In this document: piece after piece, positions 1-13,450 of the stretch
Layout of the letters: each line of letters starts with the position of its first letter
How positions within the stretch are numbered: position 1 is the first letter of the stretch
Source of the DNA: Lama guanicoe
Taxonomy: Eukaryota
NCBI GenBank assembly: GCA_013239625.1
Contig: MU053561.1
Coordinates: 5,754,439 to 5,818,438 of the forward strand
Direction: 5' to 3'
DNA: 64,000 nucleotides
Translations under genes and position numbers: made by a program
The notes under the pieces: generated by a model
Seen by the model: the letters and a program-made list of their open reading frames with translations, nothing else
The model's database searches: none
What the model was told of the DNA's origin: nothing

Positions 1-428
1 TGAATTTTTATTTTCACATCCCTGACTAGTTCTTTGTTTCTTCTGAATGTTGAATGTACAACAACAACAACAACAACAAAATGCAGTTAAACTGAGGGTT
101 CAAGCTAGGTGAGTTTCTAGTAATCAAGATTCTGTAATATTTCGTTACCTTGAATTGAGACAGTGGTGGGAAGGGATATTGAACTTGAGGTCAGAAAGCG
201 TGGACTTGAATTCCAGCTCTGCTCATCCTCCCAACAGCCTTGCAAGGGAAGTGTAATTATCCCCCAATTATACACGGTGGATGGACTGAGGCTGCTCCCA
301 TCCCCTCTCCAAAGAGACACATGCTGGACAGGTGGCTTCTGCTTGGCCTTTTTTTGCTGAGTGGGGCACACTCACTGAGGGTAGAGATGAACTGCTCCCA
401 ACAACAGAGGGAGTTTTAAGAAGTTGTA

Positions 429-551
429 AATATATGTATGTATATGTATGACTGAAACATTGTGCTGTACACCAGAAATGGACATATTGTAAACTGACTA
501 TACTTCAGTAATAAATAACTAAACAAATTAAAATTGAAAAATTGAAAAAAA
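429..551 (+). mobile_element. 5'-truncated lineage-specific L1 3' tail
   Basis: L1 3' UTR end plus A-rich tail; TSD AAGAAGTTGTA (418-428) / AAGAAGTTATA (552-562). Confidence 0.8.
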
Positions 552-3500
552 AAGAAGTTATAGAGGTGAAAGGAGAGAGCAAGAAAATGATTGGCAGGGA
601 AAGGAATTTGGGAGGGAAGGTGGGGAAGAAAGACGTCTGATGGAGAATTTGATTTAGTGTCTATTGTGTGCTGTGAGATCTGTGTCTTCTTCCCTATGTT
701 CCCCCAAAGAATTCCAGCTAATGTGTCACAGAGTCAGATCTGGTTTGGAAGTTGGGAATCTGATGAGGAACAAAGACCACCCATGAGGAGCTCATCATCC
801 CGGGGCTACAAGGGACCTGAAGCTCAGAGAGCTTGGGTGCCTTGCTCAGGGTTGCACAGCCTTTGGTTCAGAAGTCAGATCTGTCCCACTCCACATCTTT
901 GTTCTTTCCTGTAACATATGGCTGATTCTTGTGGTGGACTCGCCAAACTATTTTAGGCCCAAGAGGTAGTACAGGTTGAAAATTTAAATATTCTAACATT
1001 ATTTGTATAAATGCCCTGGACAACAAGCAGTAATGACCTATTCATTGTAGTTTTCCTATGGCTAGAGCTTTGCAGTTTCTAGAAATGGTCTCCATTTACT
1101 GAGCATTTACTCAGTGCCAAACCCTTCCCTGTGCATTTTATGATCTAGTTTTCTGAGCAGGCCTGAGAGGCAGACATTTTTATTCCTGTTTTACAAATGC
1201 AGAAACATGAAAGAGCGGCTACATCAGGTTGCCGTTGGAAAGAAGCAGACCAAGACCAAAACATCAAAAATCATTTAATTTACTTTCTGAATAGATAGTG
1301 TATGCACATAGGACAATGTTCATCAAGAAAAGGCCAATGGTGAAAAATTAGAGCCTCTCTCTTCCCCATCCCCCAGAGACTGGGTCCCCTTCCCTGCCAC
1401 CCTCAAGTCGCCCATGTTGACCAGTTCTTGAGTGTCCTTCAAAGATATCCTCAGAATTTGCACATACAATCACAGGCGCCTCCCTCAGGGAGGAAGAGCA
1501 TTTGAAGTTAACCTGGGGAAACAGTGCTTCCCTCACCCTTCATTAAGCTTCAGGTTAAATCTTCAGAGCCCAGATGCCACATAGAGTGTGTTTTTATGTT
1601 TTGCTGGGAGTGACTAAAGGGATACTAAAAACAGAATGCAATCTAGGATGTGATGGGACAAAGCTCAAGTTCATGCCAAGAGCAGGTGCCTTCACCTCTT
1701 TGAACCATTTTCCCATCTGAAAACGGAGGCAAACATCCCCACCTCCAAGGGCTGCTGTGGGGATAATATCAGAAAATAAAGGTAAAACATCTGGCACGTC
1801 TGGTCTCCTTCCTTCCCCTCCTGAACAAGAGCCTGGAGTTCTCCTAGCGAGTCTTTAAGAATACAGAAAAGAGGGAACGCAAACTCCCCAAGTCTGCATG
1901 CTGTTTAGTGATCAGCTTTGACCTAATTCTACTTCACAGCGTTTCCTTCTCTTTCCTACCTCCCACTACCTCCCACCCAGCTGCCAAGTATAGAGAGAAC
2001 ATGAAAACTTGGGCCAAATGGGAACCTGGACTGTGAAAGCCTTTGAGAAAACAGCTGTTTGTTTGTTCATTTATCACCGTGTTTTTGCCCCCGTCTCATT
2101 TGATTACAAGAGCCTGTGAGGAAGAATAATAATCCTTTGTGCTTAGACTAGTCTCTACACTGGGATCGGCCATCCTTGATTTCACTTTGCAACAGCAATG
2201 TGAAGGCAAAACTGCCGTTCAAAGATGAAGTGCTTTGGCCAAGAAGCACAAGGCAGAAATGGGACTAGAACCTAGGTCTTCACTGATTTCCTTGCCTTTT
2301 GATGTTTCAAATAGGTTTTTTTTTCCGTGTAATCACTACTACATCCATCAGGATGCCTTTGACTGCAAGCAACAGAAAATCCAAGCCACATTTGCTCATG
2401 TAACTGGAAATGCAGAGGTTGGGGGGCTTCAAAATCAGCCGAGGTCAGTGGCTGTGTGCTTTCTCTGTTCCTCTCTTGTTTCTTGCCTCCTCTGTGTCTT
2501 GGCTTCATTTGCAGGCTGGCTTCCCTCATACCAAAATGATTTCTTGCACTGCAAACTCCATACCAACACATCACAATGTTCAGAGGGAAAGAGTCTCTTC
2601 TTGTGTCTGTCTGAAGAATGAGGAAGATTCTACCTAAGAAATCCCAACAAACAACCCTGGTTGTGCCTCATTTTCTCAAATGGAAGCAAACTTTGTGGCA
2701 GACATCTGTCCTACTTGTAGTCACTCTGGCGCTTTGAACACTCATCCTTCAGGACAAGTTTAAAATTATAAGCCCCACCTCCCCAAGGTAGACGCCAGAT
2801 TTTACTCTCCTCACACAGACATGGGACTTTTACTCCAGATGGTGATAGAAGAAGAAAAGTACAAAGCATGCTTCTCCTCCTTCCCCTCTCCTCCCTCTTC
2901 CTCCCCCTCCCTCCTCCCCCCTCCCACAGTGGAGGCATCAGTGGTCGCAGTAAAGTCGAGCTCCCGGCACAGAAGCAGCCAGGGTACAGCCTTTGGCTCC
3001 CACATCCAGAGCTTGGGGGTAGCAGCAGTTTTCTTGTAGGCTCTGAACTGTAGAGTAGTTTGGGCCAGCTTGGCCTGGAGCCTGGCTCTTCAGCTCTCCT
3101 TATGATCTTGTGAGCCATCCACCGTCCTTTGAAAAAACTTTTAAAGTGCTGAATCACCCAGAATCAGCTTCTGTTATTGCAGCTAAAAACCTGACTGATC
3201 CACAAGCCCATGCCTGTGCACGTGGTTTGGGTTGGACCTGTGCCCTCTGCTGACCAGCGCATGCCTGAGTTGCAAAGCCAATCTCATGGTGACAAGAGGG
3301 TTGGGATTGCCCTGCACCAATCCAGACCAGCTCCAAAGTTCAGGGTGAGATCAGCTTCCCAGGAAGCACAGAGGGATGGGTGTGAAACCTACATAAAAAT
3401 CGGGACTGTGTGAGAGAATGGGAATGGGTGCTTCCTGGGAAGCCAACATCTGCTAAGCCCTGCCGTGGGAGAGGCTCTGCAGCTAAACATGTTCACCCTC

Positions 3501-4397
3501 ATGACACTCCATAAGGTAGGCGTTACCCCCATTTTAACGGCGTGGAAACAGACACAGAGACATTAGGTACAAGATGATAGAATTAATAAGCTAGAATTCA
3601 AACTAGGTCTGTTGGACTCCAAAGTCATTCATACACTCATTTCACTCACTATACGATCAGCTGTGGTTCTCCTGGGACCCACTGAATCTGGTTCCAGTTA
3701 TAGGTTGAGTTCAGGTTAGCTTTATAAGCCTCCTCATTTTTTTTGGACCAGTGGCTACTCAATGACTGCCAAGTTCTCCAGGTGTATGGCAAAGTGCATG
3801 GGGCCAAGTAAACTGCAGGCCATCCTACAGCTGAGCCCCTCTCACCTGCTCTCCTTACCTTCTCCCACCTCTGCATCTCTTGTGTTTCCCGTCCCAGCTT
3901 TACTAGGTTCTGCTACTCCAGCAGGCCTGGCCTTTCCCTCATAATCTGGCCACGTTGTAGTCAATGACTGTCTTGTTTTGGGTGTCCACCATTCTCTCCA
4001 ACTGTAATTTCATATTATTGCCTTAATTTCCCTTTGGGGGAAATTGGCCACTGTGTCATACCTCCCCTGTGCTATGGGGGCTGGAGTGATCAGATCATTC
4101 CTCTCCACGACCCAGAGCTGGTGGGGGGAGCAGGAGTGGATACATACATCTTGACCAATTGGAAGCTCTCTCCTGGACTCTGAGTCTTGAGTGAGAGCCA
4201 GAAGGACAGGCTGCAATGAGGTGTAGGCAAGAGCTTGTCCATGGGGTGGCCCTGCTCACTGACCTACCCATTTTCCAGGCAAGGCCTTCAGCCTCTCTCT
4301 GTGGACCCTGGAAGTCTTCATGAGCTTGCTAATTTCTTCTTTGTTTTAAAAGGGGGCAAGGGCAGTTTCTGTTGTTTACAATCAAGAACCCCAATCA

Positions 4398-4955
4398 TAT
4401 CACATGACTCAGGAATTTCACATCTAGGTATATATCCAAGAAAAATGATAACACACATCCATGCAAAGACTTGGACACCAGTGTTCACAGCAGCATTCTT
4501 CATGATAACCAAAATGTAGCAACGACTCAAATGTCCACGAACTAATAAAGGAGTAACCGAAACGTGATAGATCCATACAATGGAGTATTGCTCAGCCACA
4601 CAAAGGAGTGCAGTACTGCTACAACATGAGTGAACTCGGCAAACATACACTAAGTGAAAGAAGCAGCACAAAAGACCACATCTGTATCCTACTTATGTGA
4701 AATGTCCAGAACAGGTAAATTTATGGAGATAGAAAGTAGATTAGTTGTTGCCAGGGGCCTGAGGTGGGAGGGTGATTACTGATGGATATGGCGCTGATAC
4801 TGGTGGTGATAAATGGTCTAAAACTGATTGCACTGTTGGCTGCCCAACACTGTGAATATACTCAGACCCACTGAATTGCACACTTTAAAAGGGTGAGTTT
4901 TCTGGTATGTGAGTTCTCTCTATATCAATATAGCTGTTATTTAAAAACAAAAGAG
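4398..4955 (+). mobile_element. Old L1 (L1MB/L1MC-like) 3' end fragment
   Basis: Typical ORF2-end/3' UTR motifs (ctaggtatatatccaagaaaaatg; gttcacagcagcatt; gaattgcacactttaaaagggtga). Confidence 0.8.
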
Positions 4956-7238
4956 CCTCATCAAAATGCCTTCGGATGCAGGGAGCTCAAGGGTGGAGGT
5001 GGGCGACTGAGAAAATCACCACCCTGGGCTCTAGAAGATTCAGTCCTAGCCCCTACTAAGGTCTGCATCTTGCCAACCTCAAATTTCACCCTTTTGGACC
5101 TCAGTTTTTTCAGCACTAATGTGAAGTGGCTTATGAGATCAATATTTCCCATACTTCAGTCATTTGTGAGCCACCTTCATGATTTTTGTTGTATCATTGT
5201 GCCAACTGGATGATTATTTACCTAGTTCTTTAAATCAATGCATTTTTTTAATTTAAAAAAAATTCATAAAATCATGTGTTTGCTGTGTTGCTTGTATTTT
5301 CCCCAAACACATGAAAATCAACACTACACAGTAGAATTAGAGATGATGATCCAGGCCCCAGGTCACCAGCCCGATCCCCACCACCTGGGAAACCTGGAGT
5401 AAGGTGCTGAAGGCGGGTCTACAAGCTTGCCCTTCGGGGAGACGACCAGGCCCTGCCTTCGCTCCTTCCTCGGCTAATGTGGACTTTTAATCACTGCCTC
5501 TTGGGACACGGCCTTGCCCTGTGGCCTAACCTCACTCTGGTTGTAGGAATTTCTGGCCACAGAAGAGAAGGGTTGTCCCAAAGCTGAGTTTAGTAACTCA
5601 GGGAGCACCTTTATTCATTCAGGGGTTACCCCCTGGAATGCTGGGAATGATTATTATTATTCTAATTTTACAGAGAGGGAGATTGCCTCGAAAACCTTCC
5701 CTAACATACCAGAAGAGAAAGAGACAGGATTCAAAACCAGATCTTTTCAAAATTCCTGCACTCTTTCAACTACATCATAATAGACCCTGGGGCCAGACAT
5801 TTGCAGTCACCATTGAATCAAGCCATGCACGCATAGGCCACCTTTGCCTTCAGTGTAGAGGAATGCGACGCTTACGTGGCTTCTGAGATGAACATTTGTA
5901 TCCATTGAATTTCCAGCATTTCCATATATCAGTAATAAATAGTAACAGACTCCCCTGTACTTCCTTCACGACCCACATCCCACTAATATTCATTCCCCAG
6001 TAGTCAGGGACCATGTCTTTCTTATTCATCGCTGTGTCTGTAACACTTGGCCCAGTATTTGGCACAGAGTAGGCCCCTCATGAGTCTCAGTTTAATTTAT
6101 GAATAGCTGCTCACCTCAGAGTTCCTCTAGCTCAGGTGTGTGAGGTTGGGAGGCGACATGGGGTGGGCTGAGACAAGCCCTCAGGCAAGGGCAGGACTCA
6201 CCACCGAGTCCAGGTGCCTGCACAGCAGGCACGAGGAGGCCGGTAGGCCCCCCAGTCGTGTACCCTATGTGGATCGACATCATTCCCACATCTCTGCCAT
6301 GGAAGCAGGCTGCTGCCGCCACCTGGGTCCATCTGTGGAGGTGGCTTCCACCCGTCCAGATCGGAGAGCAGAGCCAAGCAGTGAAGCGTTTATGCCACCC
6401 AACAAATTTGTGTTGACAGCCAGCCCCATGCAAAGCCCCGTGCCAGGCGCCGCGGAGGTAACAAATGTAAGTTGGCCCTGCACTGAGCCCCACTCAGGGC
6501 TCCCGAACAGACAAATCCACCAGCCCAGGTCTGCCAGCTCCTTGTGCAGTGTTCCTTCCACAACAGCACCACCTTCCAACAGCGGTGCCTGAGCTGCCAG
6601 GATTAGGAGCATTCTTCCTGCAGCGTCCTCTGGAAGGCTGAACCTGAGACTTTCCGACAAGGGGACTACGGTGGGCTAGTGCGAGGGTCCAGGGGAAGCA
6701 TGACTCACCCCACCCCAGGGAGCTTCTAGTGGCGGCTGGGTCAGTAACTAGATGAGGTGGAGCGGGTAAGAGTCCTAGACCGGGCAAGATATGGGGTTAG
6801 TGCCTGGGGCGCCAGGACAGAGGAAGGGGCAGGTGTGCTGTGTGTGAAGCGCACTGTTTGGGGCTTCAGTAACCTGGGGCTTTCTGGCTGGTTCTTGTCA
6901 GGGGAGAGGGCACTGCTCCCTAAGGAAACAAGCCCATAAGCTCCTTCCACAGCCCTAGCCCTTCTTGGGACGGACAATGACAATGGACCTGAAGGCTTCC
7001 TGCTTTCTGCTTCCTGCCATCAGCACTCTTTCCCCATGAGGTTTCTATCTTCTAGGCTCCCCGAGCGCCAGGATGTGTCACATGGAATGCCTGCACTCCC
7101 CTACACAGGGTGTGCCACTGTGGACACAGTTGCCCACCCCATTCTGAGGCATCTCAGTTGTACAGGCAGATAGAGGATGGGAAAGCAGGCTACAGAGCTT
7201 TCAGGAATCCCAAGGAGATGATGTGATGGTTGGTCTAC

Positions 7239-7439
7239 ATGGGGTTTCCCAGCCTTAGCACTGCTGACATCTGAGTCAGATCATTCTTTGCCCTGCACAC
7301 TGTACGATGTTTAGCAGTTTCCCTGGCCTCTACTTACTGCATAGTAGGGTGCAACTCCCCAGTTGTGACAACCAGAAATATCTCCAGACATTTCCTATGT
7401 TCCCTGGTAGGTAAAATGGTCCCTTGTTAAGAATCACTG
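7239..7439. mobile_element. MER20-like hAT DNA transposon relic
   Basis: gcactgctgacat...ccagttgtgacaaccagaaatatctccagacatt...aagaatcactg. Confidence 0.75.
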
Positions 7440-7739
7440 TTGGATCAGCCTCATGTTTGAATCTGGCCTCTACCATTTGCTAGCTGTGTGAGCACTGCAG
7501 TTTCTTTAATATGTGCCTCAGTTTTCTTATCTGTAAAAAGGGGGTAACAATAATACCTTCCTCATAATAATGCTATGAAATAAGTTAATATGTGTAAAGA
7601 TAGTGTCTAGTAAATAATAATCACTCAATAAATGCTATTATTCTTATCACCAGAAACCAAGAGCAGATAAAGTGGAATGTCAAAAATACTGCTCCATAAA
7701 TCCTCACTGTAGTACAAAAACAAGAAATTAAATTAATTC

Positions 7740-8500
7740 TTTCATTTTCTGCCCTGCTTATTTTTGTTAAACTAGTTGAGGCAGCTTAAAATAAAAGCAC
7801 ACATACTATTGGGCAGTTTAAAAACTATTTTTTTTACAACACAAAAGTAAATCATTTTAATATTTAAGGAAATCATACAGACAATAAGTAAGCACTAACA
7901 TAACCTAGATTAATGAGGACAGAACATAAGTTCAAAAGTTTATAGGAAAGAATAACTTACCATGGAAAAAATGCTCAACAAAGATATAAAAATTTAAATA
8001 GCAACCAAAAACAGCCTATTAAAAGTGTCACATTAACAGATAAGAGGCAATGAAATGGATACTTTCATATATTGCAGCTAGAAATACGGTAAATTAAAAC
8101 TGATTCAGAGATTAATAACTATTGAAACTGGAGGAAAAACTAGGAAAGGGAAAGCTAATTTTACGGAGAACTCAAAATCAGATGGAGTGTTCACTTAAGC
8201 AATGAATAGAAACCAGAGCTTCCCGGCAGCCACTGCAAAACTAAAAACACAACCAACATAACTCACAACCAGGACCAACCAGGTCCACCTGGATTTACAT
8301 AAATGAGCACAGTCGACCATTTAACCATCTTTGTTTTCCCAACTTCCAAACAAGATGAACTTCGTTCACCAAGCCCAAAAGGAACTCTCATCAAGTGAGT
8401 CCTAACACAGGGTCTTGAGTAACAGAATTAGCAGTGTTTCAGCAGCAGCTCTGAGGAGATGCGACATGTGCTTCAGCTGCAATAAAAGCTTATTGAAAGC
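7740..8500 (-). mobile_element. Ancient LINE fragment, probably L4/RTE-X-like
   Basis: ttgaggcagcttaaaataaaa and gagcttcccggcagccactgcaaaa motifs; boundaries approximate. Confidence 0.4.
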
Positions 8501-11500
8501 ACCACACACAACTCTACACCCTGCTCCGGCCAAGAATGTGCCCCCTCCTCCCTCAGCAATGAATTAATTCCCTCAAAACGCCTGTCCCTCTAGTGCAAAT
8601 TGGGGCTGGCAGGAGAAGCAGCCTCTCTCCACTGCTCGCCCAGCTGACCTGCAGGCCCCCTCCAGGCTGCCTGGCAGGGCTGGTGGCCAGGGCATGCGGC
8701 CAGCTGCCTAAACAGTCCTGATGGCTTGGCTCTCTGGCTACAGCCCCTCAGTAACGGGAGGCCCATAGCAGAGCCTGGCACTGAGGGCGAGGCTGCAGCC
8801 AAACTTCCCCAGCAGTGTGCTGAATAGCTCCCTCAGGGCAAGTAGGGAGGGGAAGGGGCCAGCTCCGAGCATGTGGAACAAAAGAAGTGGAGGCTCAGAG
8901 TGCCCTAAAGCAAAGGCAAAGTCACATGAACAGACGTGATGAAAGCTGCTCCTTGCCCTTTAACCTCACTGTGCCTCAATTTCCTCTTCTGTAAAATGGG
9001 AATTTGTTAAAAGAATTTTATAAGTAAAGTGCTTAGAGCAATGCCTGGCATACAGTAAATGTTAGCTACTATTATTGTTATTATTTTTGCCCTCAGCTTT
9101 CTTCTGTGTACATCCTAGACTCAAGTAACATCTCCTAGAGGAGCTCACAGTGCAGGGAGGTGATAGGAAGAGGTTTCTGAAACTTTTCATCACTGTGTAA
9201 CCCTCAGCCTAGAGACGACTAATGGAGCCAAGTATTAGCCCATGATACTCTGGATGAGCCCCAGGATTGGAGTCCGAGTCCAGCCCTGCCACTAACTTGT
9301 GCCCTGGTGTGAGGGCCCTGAGCCTTGCACAAGTCCTTGCTCCAATCTGGGCCTAGTTTGCTCACCTACAAAACAGAGTGATGAGACTGAATAATTCCTA
9401 ATGTGACTACACATTCGAATCACTGCAGGACATCACGAAGTACAGATTCCCAGGCTCTGGCAACTGAATCAAGTCTGGAAAGGGAGACTGAGAACCTGCA
9501 TTTTAATGAGCTCCTTGGAGAACCCTGATGTTCAGTCAAGTTGGAAAGCCACTAACTAGGTAAGTTCTAAGCCCCACTCCGATATTCACTGTTCAATTAA
9601 TCAAAGAGTCATAGAGCAAACACGGCTTGGAGCGGTCTTGGGCCTTAGGGGCCCGGGCAGATGGCCGCTGGCCCGCAAGACAGCAGAACAGTGCTAGTGC
9701 CCCTGGCGCTCTCGCAGGGTTTAATCATCCCCAGAGGTGAGGAGTTACACTTTCTGTCTAAGCAAACACTCCATCTCAGCAAACCGCCTCCCACCCTGCT
9801 GGCTTTGTTCCGAGAGCTGTAGAGCAGGGCTGGTTGGTGCCCTTCAGCACAACCTTCACGACCTTGAGTGCTGCTTGAAGTCAGCCTGGTCCCAGCAATA
9901 CTACTGGTGAGATGGCTCCTGACCTCGGCCCTTTCTTTCCATTCCCATTGCTGCTGCCCTAGTTTAGGCTGTTAATACCTCTTGTTCGGACCACATAAGA
10001 GCTTCCCAGCTAATCCTCTGGCCTTCCATCTCTCCTCTCTTCAATCTTTCCTTCATGGCATCAACAGCTGTTTTCCTAACCCCAACTCCGACTGCATTAC
10101 ATCTCCAGCCCACAATCCTCCACATCTACCAATCAACCCCTAACTCCTCAACCTGTCACCTGAGGCCTTTTAAAGCCTAAAGCAGCCCACGTATTTGCTC
10201 GTATAGCTTATTTCATTTCTCTTCCATTATTTCCTTTGGCCAAGAGCCACCCTGGGCTACAGTTAACTTTCCAGAATATTTTTGACAGGGTTTTTCCCAG
10301 ACTTGAATACCACAAATCTCCCACTCCCCACCCCTGCCTATTTTTCATGGCAAAATACATACAGGTAACATCTCATGTATCCTAAGTGATCCATGGAACT
10401 CAGTTTGGGAAACAGTCTGTGCTCTTCCATCTGCTTATCAATGGCTTGACTCTCTATTCTGGGACCTGCCCAGGTCTTGAACTCCAGCTCAGAACCACCA
10501 CCTACGGTTGTCGTGCCTGCTCTCTCTCCACCTGTTTGTGAACACTGTCAAGATTCTACAGAGACATGAAACCAGAACACTACTCTGTCTCCACCCTTCT
10601 TCCGTATTTGCCTTCCTTCTTGAGCTGGTACCACATTTCCCCCAAAGTTGAATTGGTCCAGGTCCATCTTGATTTACTTACATGAGCATAGGTGGACCAT
10701 TCAACCATTTTTGTTTTCCCAGCTTCCAAACAAACAGCCTCCTCTTCTCATTAGCAACCTTAGCAGGTACAAATCTGCCTCTTGGGGTTACTCCCCTTTC
10801 CTGCATCTGTGACAGACATTGTTGATAGATCACAGCACCTTCTCCTAAGCCCCAGATATGATGATGTAGATTCAGAATCCTTCTCAACACGATTCCCCAG
10901 GCAGCTATTATCCATCAGTCAAAATTGGCATGCCAGTCGAGACAGTCCTACTTACCATCAATGACCTAGTTGATAAAATAGCTAATGTGTTTAGTAGAAA
11001 AGCTCCGTTGAGTTTCGATTTCAACTCCTTTATGGAACCTTAAACTAGAGTAGTTTCTCGTTACATTCTATCTACTCCAAGTCTCTCAGGCTGGAGGACC
11101 TGGTCTGGGGTAAGGCTCTATCAGAAGTCTAATTTGGCATAAGAATTGGAATAAGACAGCCAAGGTCAGAAAGGCTTCAACTACGAACTGTCCTGGAGCA
11201 CGGTCCACCTCCCATCTCTTTCTCTTGCCAAAACTCACAGGAGTGTCTGGTGAGTTGGCTGGTCTCTGGCCATAAAGAAAAGCATCTGAGAGGCTACAAA
11301 ACAAATGACAAACTACCCCAAGAAAGATGAATCTCTGGGGCAGAGAGCAATTGGAGATGGCTTCGATGTCCCTGAGCAGCGGCAAGGTTTTCAACTTGGC
11401 CTGAACCAATGGAACCATCATCAACGGAGCCGTGTGCAGTGGAAAAACTGTTATCTTCAGATAGCAGGCTGCTCCAGTTTCTTCTCTCTCCTCCTCCCCT

Positions 11501-12989
11501 CCTCCTCCTCCAAGCTGATCACATTTCCTTGGTGATTTTCATGCTTCGTCAGTAGGTCTTAGGGGACAAGTACGAATTCCATAGGGACCTTGTCCATATA
11601 AACTACTCAGTACTAATGTTATTCTTTGTATGATATCTTCCTTCCTTTCCTTCTGCCATAAGCACTGGTTAAACACCTACTATGTGCTATGTGGTGAGCA
11701 CTACTGTAGAGAAGAAAGCCCTAAAACTGCAACGGGAGCCACCAGGGAGGCTCTGAGGGGACAAAGATAATGTCACTGCTCTGATCTGCAGAAAAATGCA
11801 TTTAGGTTACTTTCTTCTTTAGATAGCAAAAGAGCTGTAACTGAGTGGGAGAAAATTGAGAGCCTGGCAGCTAGAATACAGGATTTCCAGGGAATTCTAC
11901 AAAATCATGTAAAGCCCCCATACGGTGAACACTAACCAGTCTCGAATCCAGAATACAATTGAGATCAGCAGAACACCTCCTAGCCTTTCATTATTACCAG
12001 CGACTGTTTAAATTGTTTTATATATACTAACTCTCTAAATCCCTACAATAATGCTAGGAATTAAATATCTTATTATCATCATTCAAAATAGGAGAAATAG
12101 AGATACAAAGAGGTTAAAGGACTTGCCCCAGGCTGGCAGCTTGGAGGTGGTGGAGTTGGGATTTGAATTTATGTAGTCTCATTGCAGAGTCCTAAGCTGT
12201 CTGAAGCAGGTACATTTACACAACCAAGAAAGTGCTAATTCATGGATTGGAATGGGGTGGGGTGAATAACAACTGGATGGAGCTTTTGATCCCAAGATAT
12301 TCTATGAGTTAAAGATAAAAAGGTCTTGATAGCTGGGAAGCTCAGAGTGCCTAGCATCCCCTCACACTTTTAAGGAAGGCCTCAAAAAGGTCAGCTGCTC
12401 CCCCAGACCCACCATCTCCTGGTGTCCCCCTGACAGACAGCAGCCTGGTGCCCCAGTGCCTGACCCACATTACAGTGCTCATGTTCTTGAGTATCAGATA
12501 GATCTGCATGGGTCCCTGTAATAGCAAACCATATTTCTGACTGGAAAATCACATAATGTAATTAGTATCCAGTGTGGCAATATTTCTGGTCCTAGAAGCC
12601 TGGAGTCCTAACCTCTAGACTGGACTCTACCACCTACAGTCCCTTGATTTAGTTTCTTCCATCTGTAAATATTTGTTCATTCAGTCAACAGTTTTAAGCA
12701 CCTCTCTGTGCCGAGCACCACATGCTAAACCCTGAAACCACTAAGCTGAATTCAGGAGTTGCCCCAAAGGAACTCCCTATTTGGTGGTCGAGGCAGAGGG
12801 GGAAAGGGAGCTTTATGAGGCACTCTCTCAGTCCTCTTAAGGCTCCAGAGCCCCGGGGAGGACCCCACCCTCTCCCTCCTCCCAGGGAGTTTGTGGGCAG
12901 CAAATGAGATCACACGGGGGAAAGTGCTTTGTAAACAGCAGAGGGTGAGAAAGAGGTATGGGGGGAGGGGAGGGAGGTCTGTCACCCAG

Positions 12990-13450
12990 GAACTGTCGGC
13001 TATGCCTAGAGACCGTGGCAGGCGGCTGGCCTTGCTAGTGCTCCGTCTGGGGCTGGGAGCCTGGGCGAGCCCTCCTGGACGCGAGGGAACAAAGCCTGAA
13101 GCTCTAGGCTCACTCTGCCAGCAGCCGAGCCCAAACCCTGCTGCCCCGGCCAGCTACTCTGGGCTCTGCCGAGGCGGGAAACTCAGCCCGTGTTATACTG
13201 CGTGGGACTAGGCGCTTTTGCGGCCCCGCGCCTCCCCCGATCTCTCCAGGGTTGTAACTTGAACGTGACAAAGGCCAGATCTCCCTCTATTGTGCAGTCC
13301 GAGAAGCCCGAGTGCCACGAATCCCCTTATATAAGGAATATACAGGGAAATGGTGGCCCGAGGTGACGCCAGCCACTGCCATTCTCTGTGCTGAGGCGCC
13401 ACCTAGAGGCCGACTCTAGCTCAGACGACTGTGTAGGTACGGTTCCCAAT
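12990..13450. promoter_or_regulatory. CpG-enriched GC-rich candidate enhancer/promoter
   Basis: Locally high CpG density, palindromic CCTTATATAAGG, strong CTCF-like motif. Confidence 0.5.
13394..13412 (-). promoter_or_regulatory. CTCF consensus site
   Basis: Minus strand reads CGGCCTCTAGGTGGCGCCT, close to the core CCASYAGRKGGCRS. Confidence 0.7.

Noticed and set aside
6116..6983. Cluster of overlapping 60-150 aa ORFs
   Set aside because: Expected in GC-rich DNA; no homology recognised and no consistent exon structure
9694..9712. CTCF-like motifs here and at ~18255-18270
   Set aside because: Core spacing is off by one or more bases; weak matches
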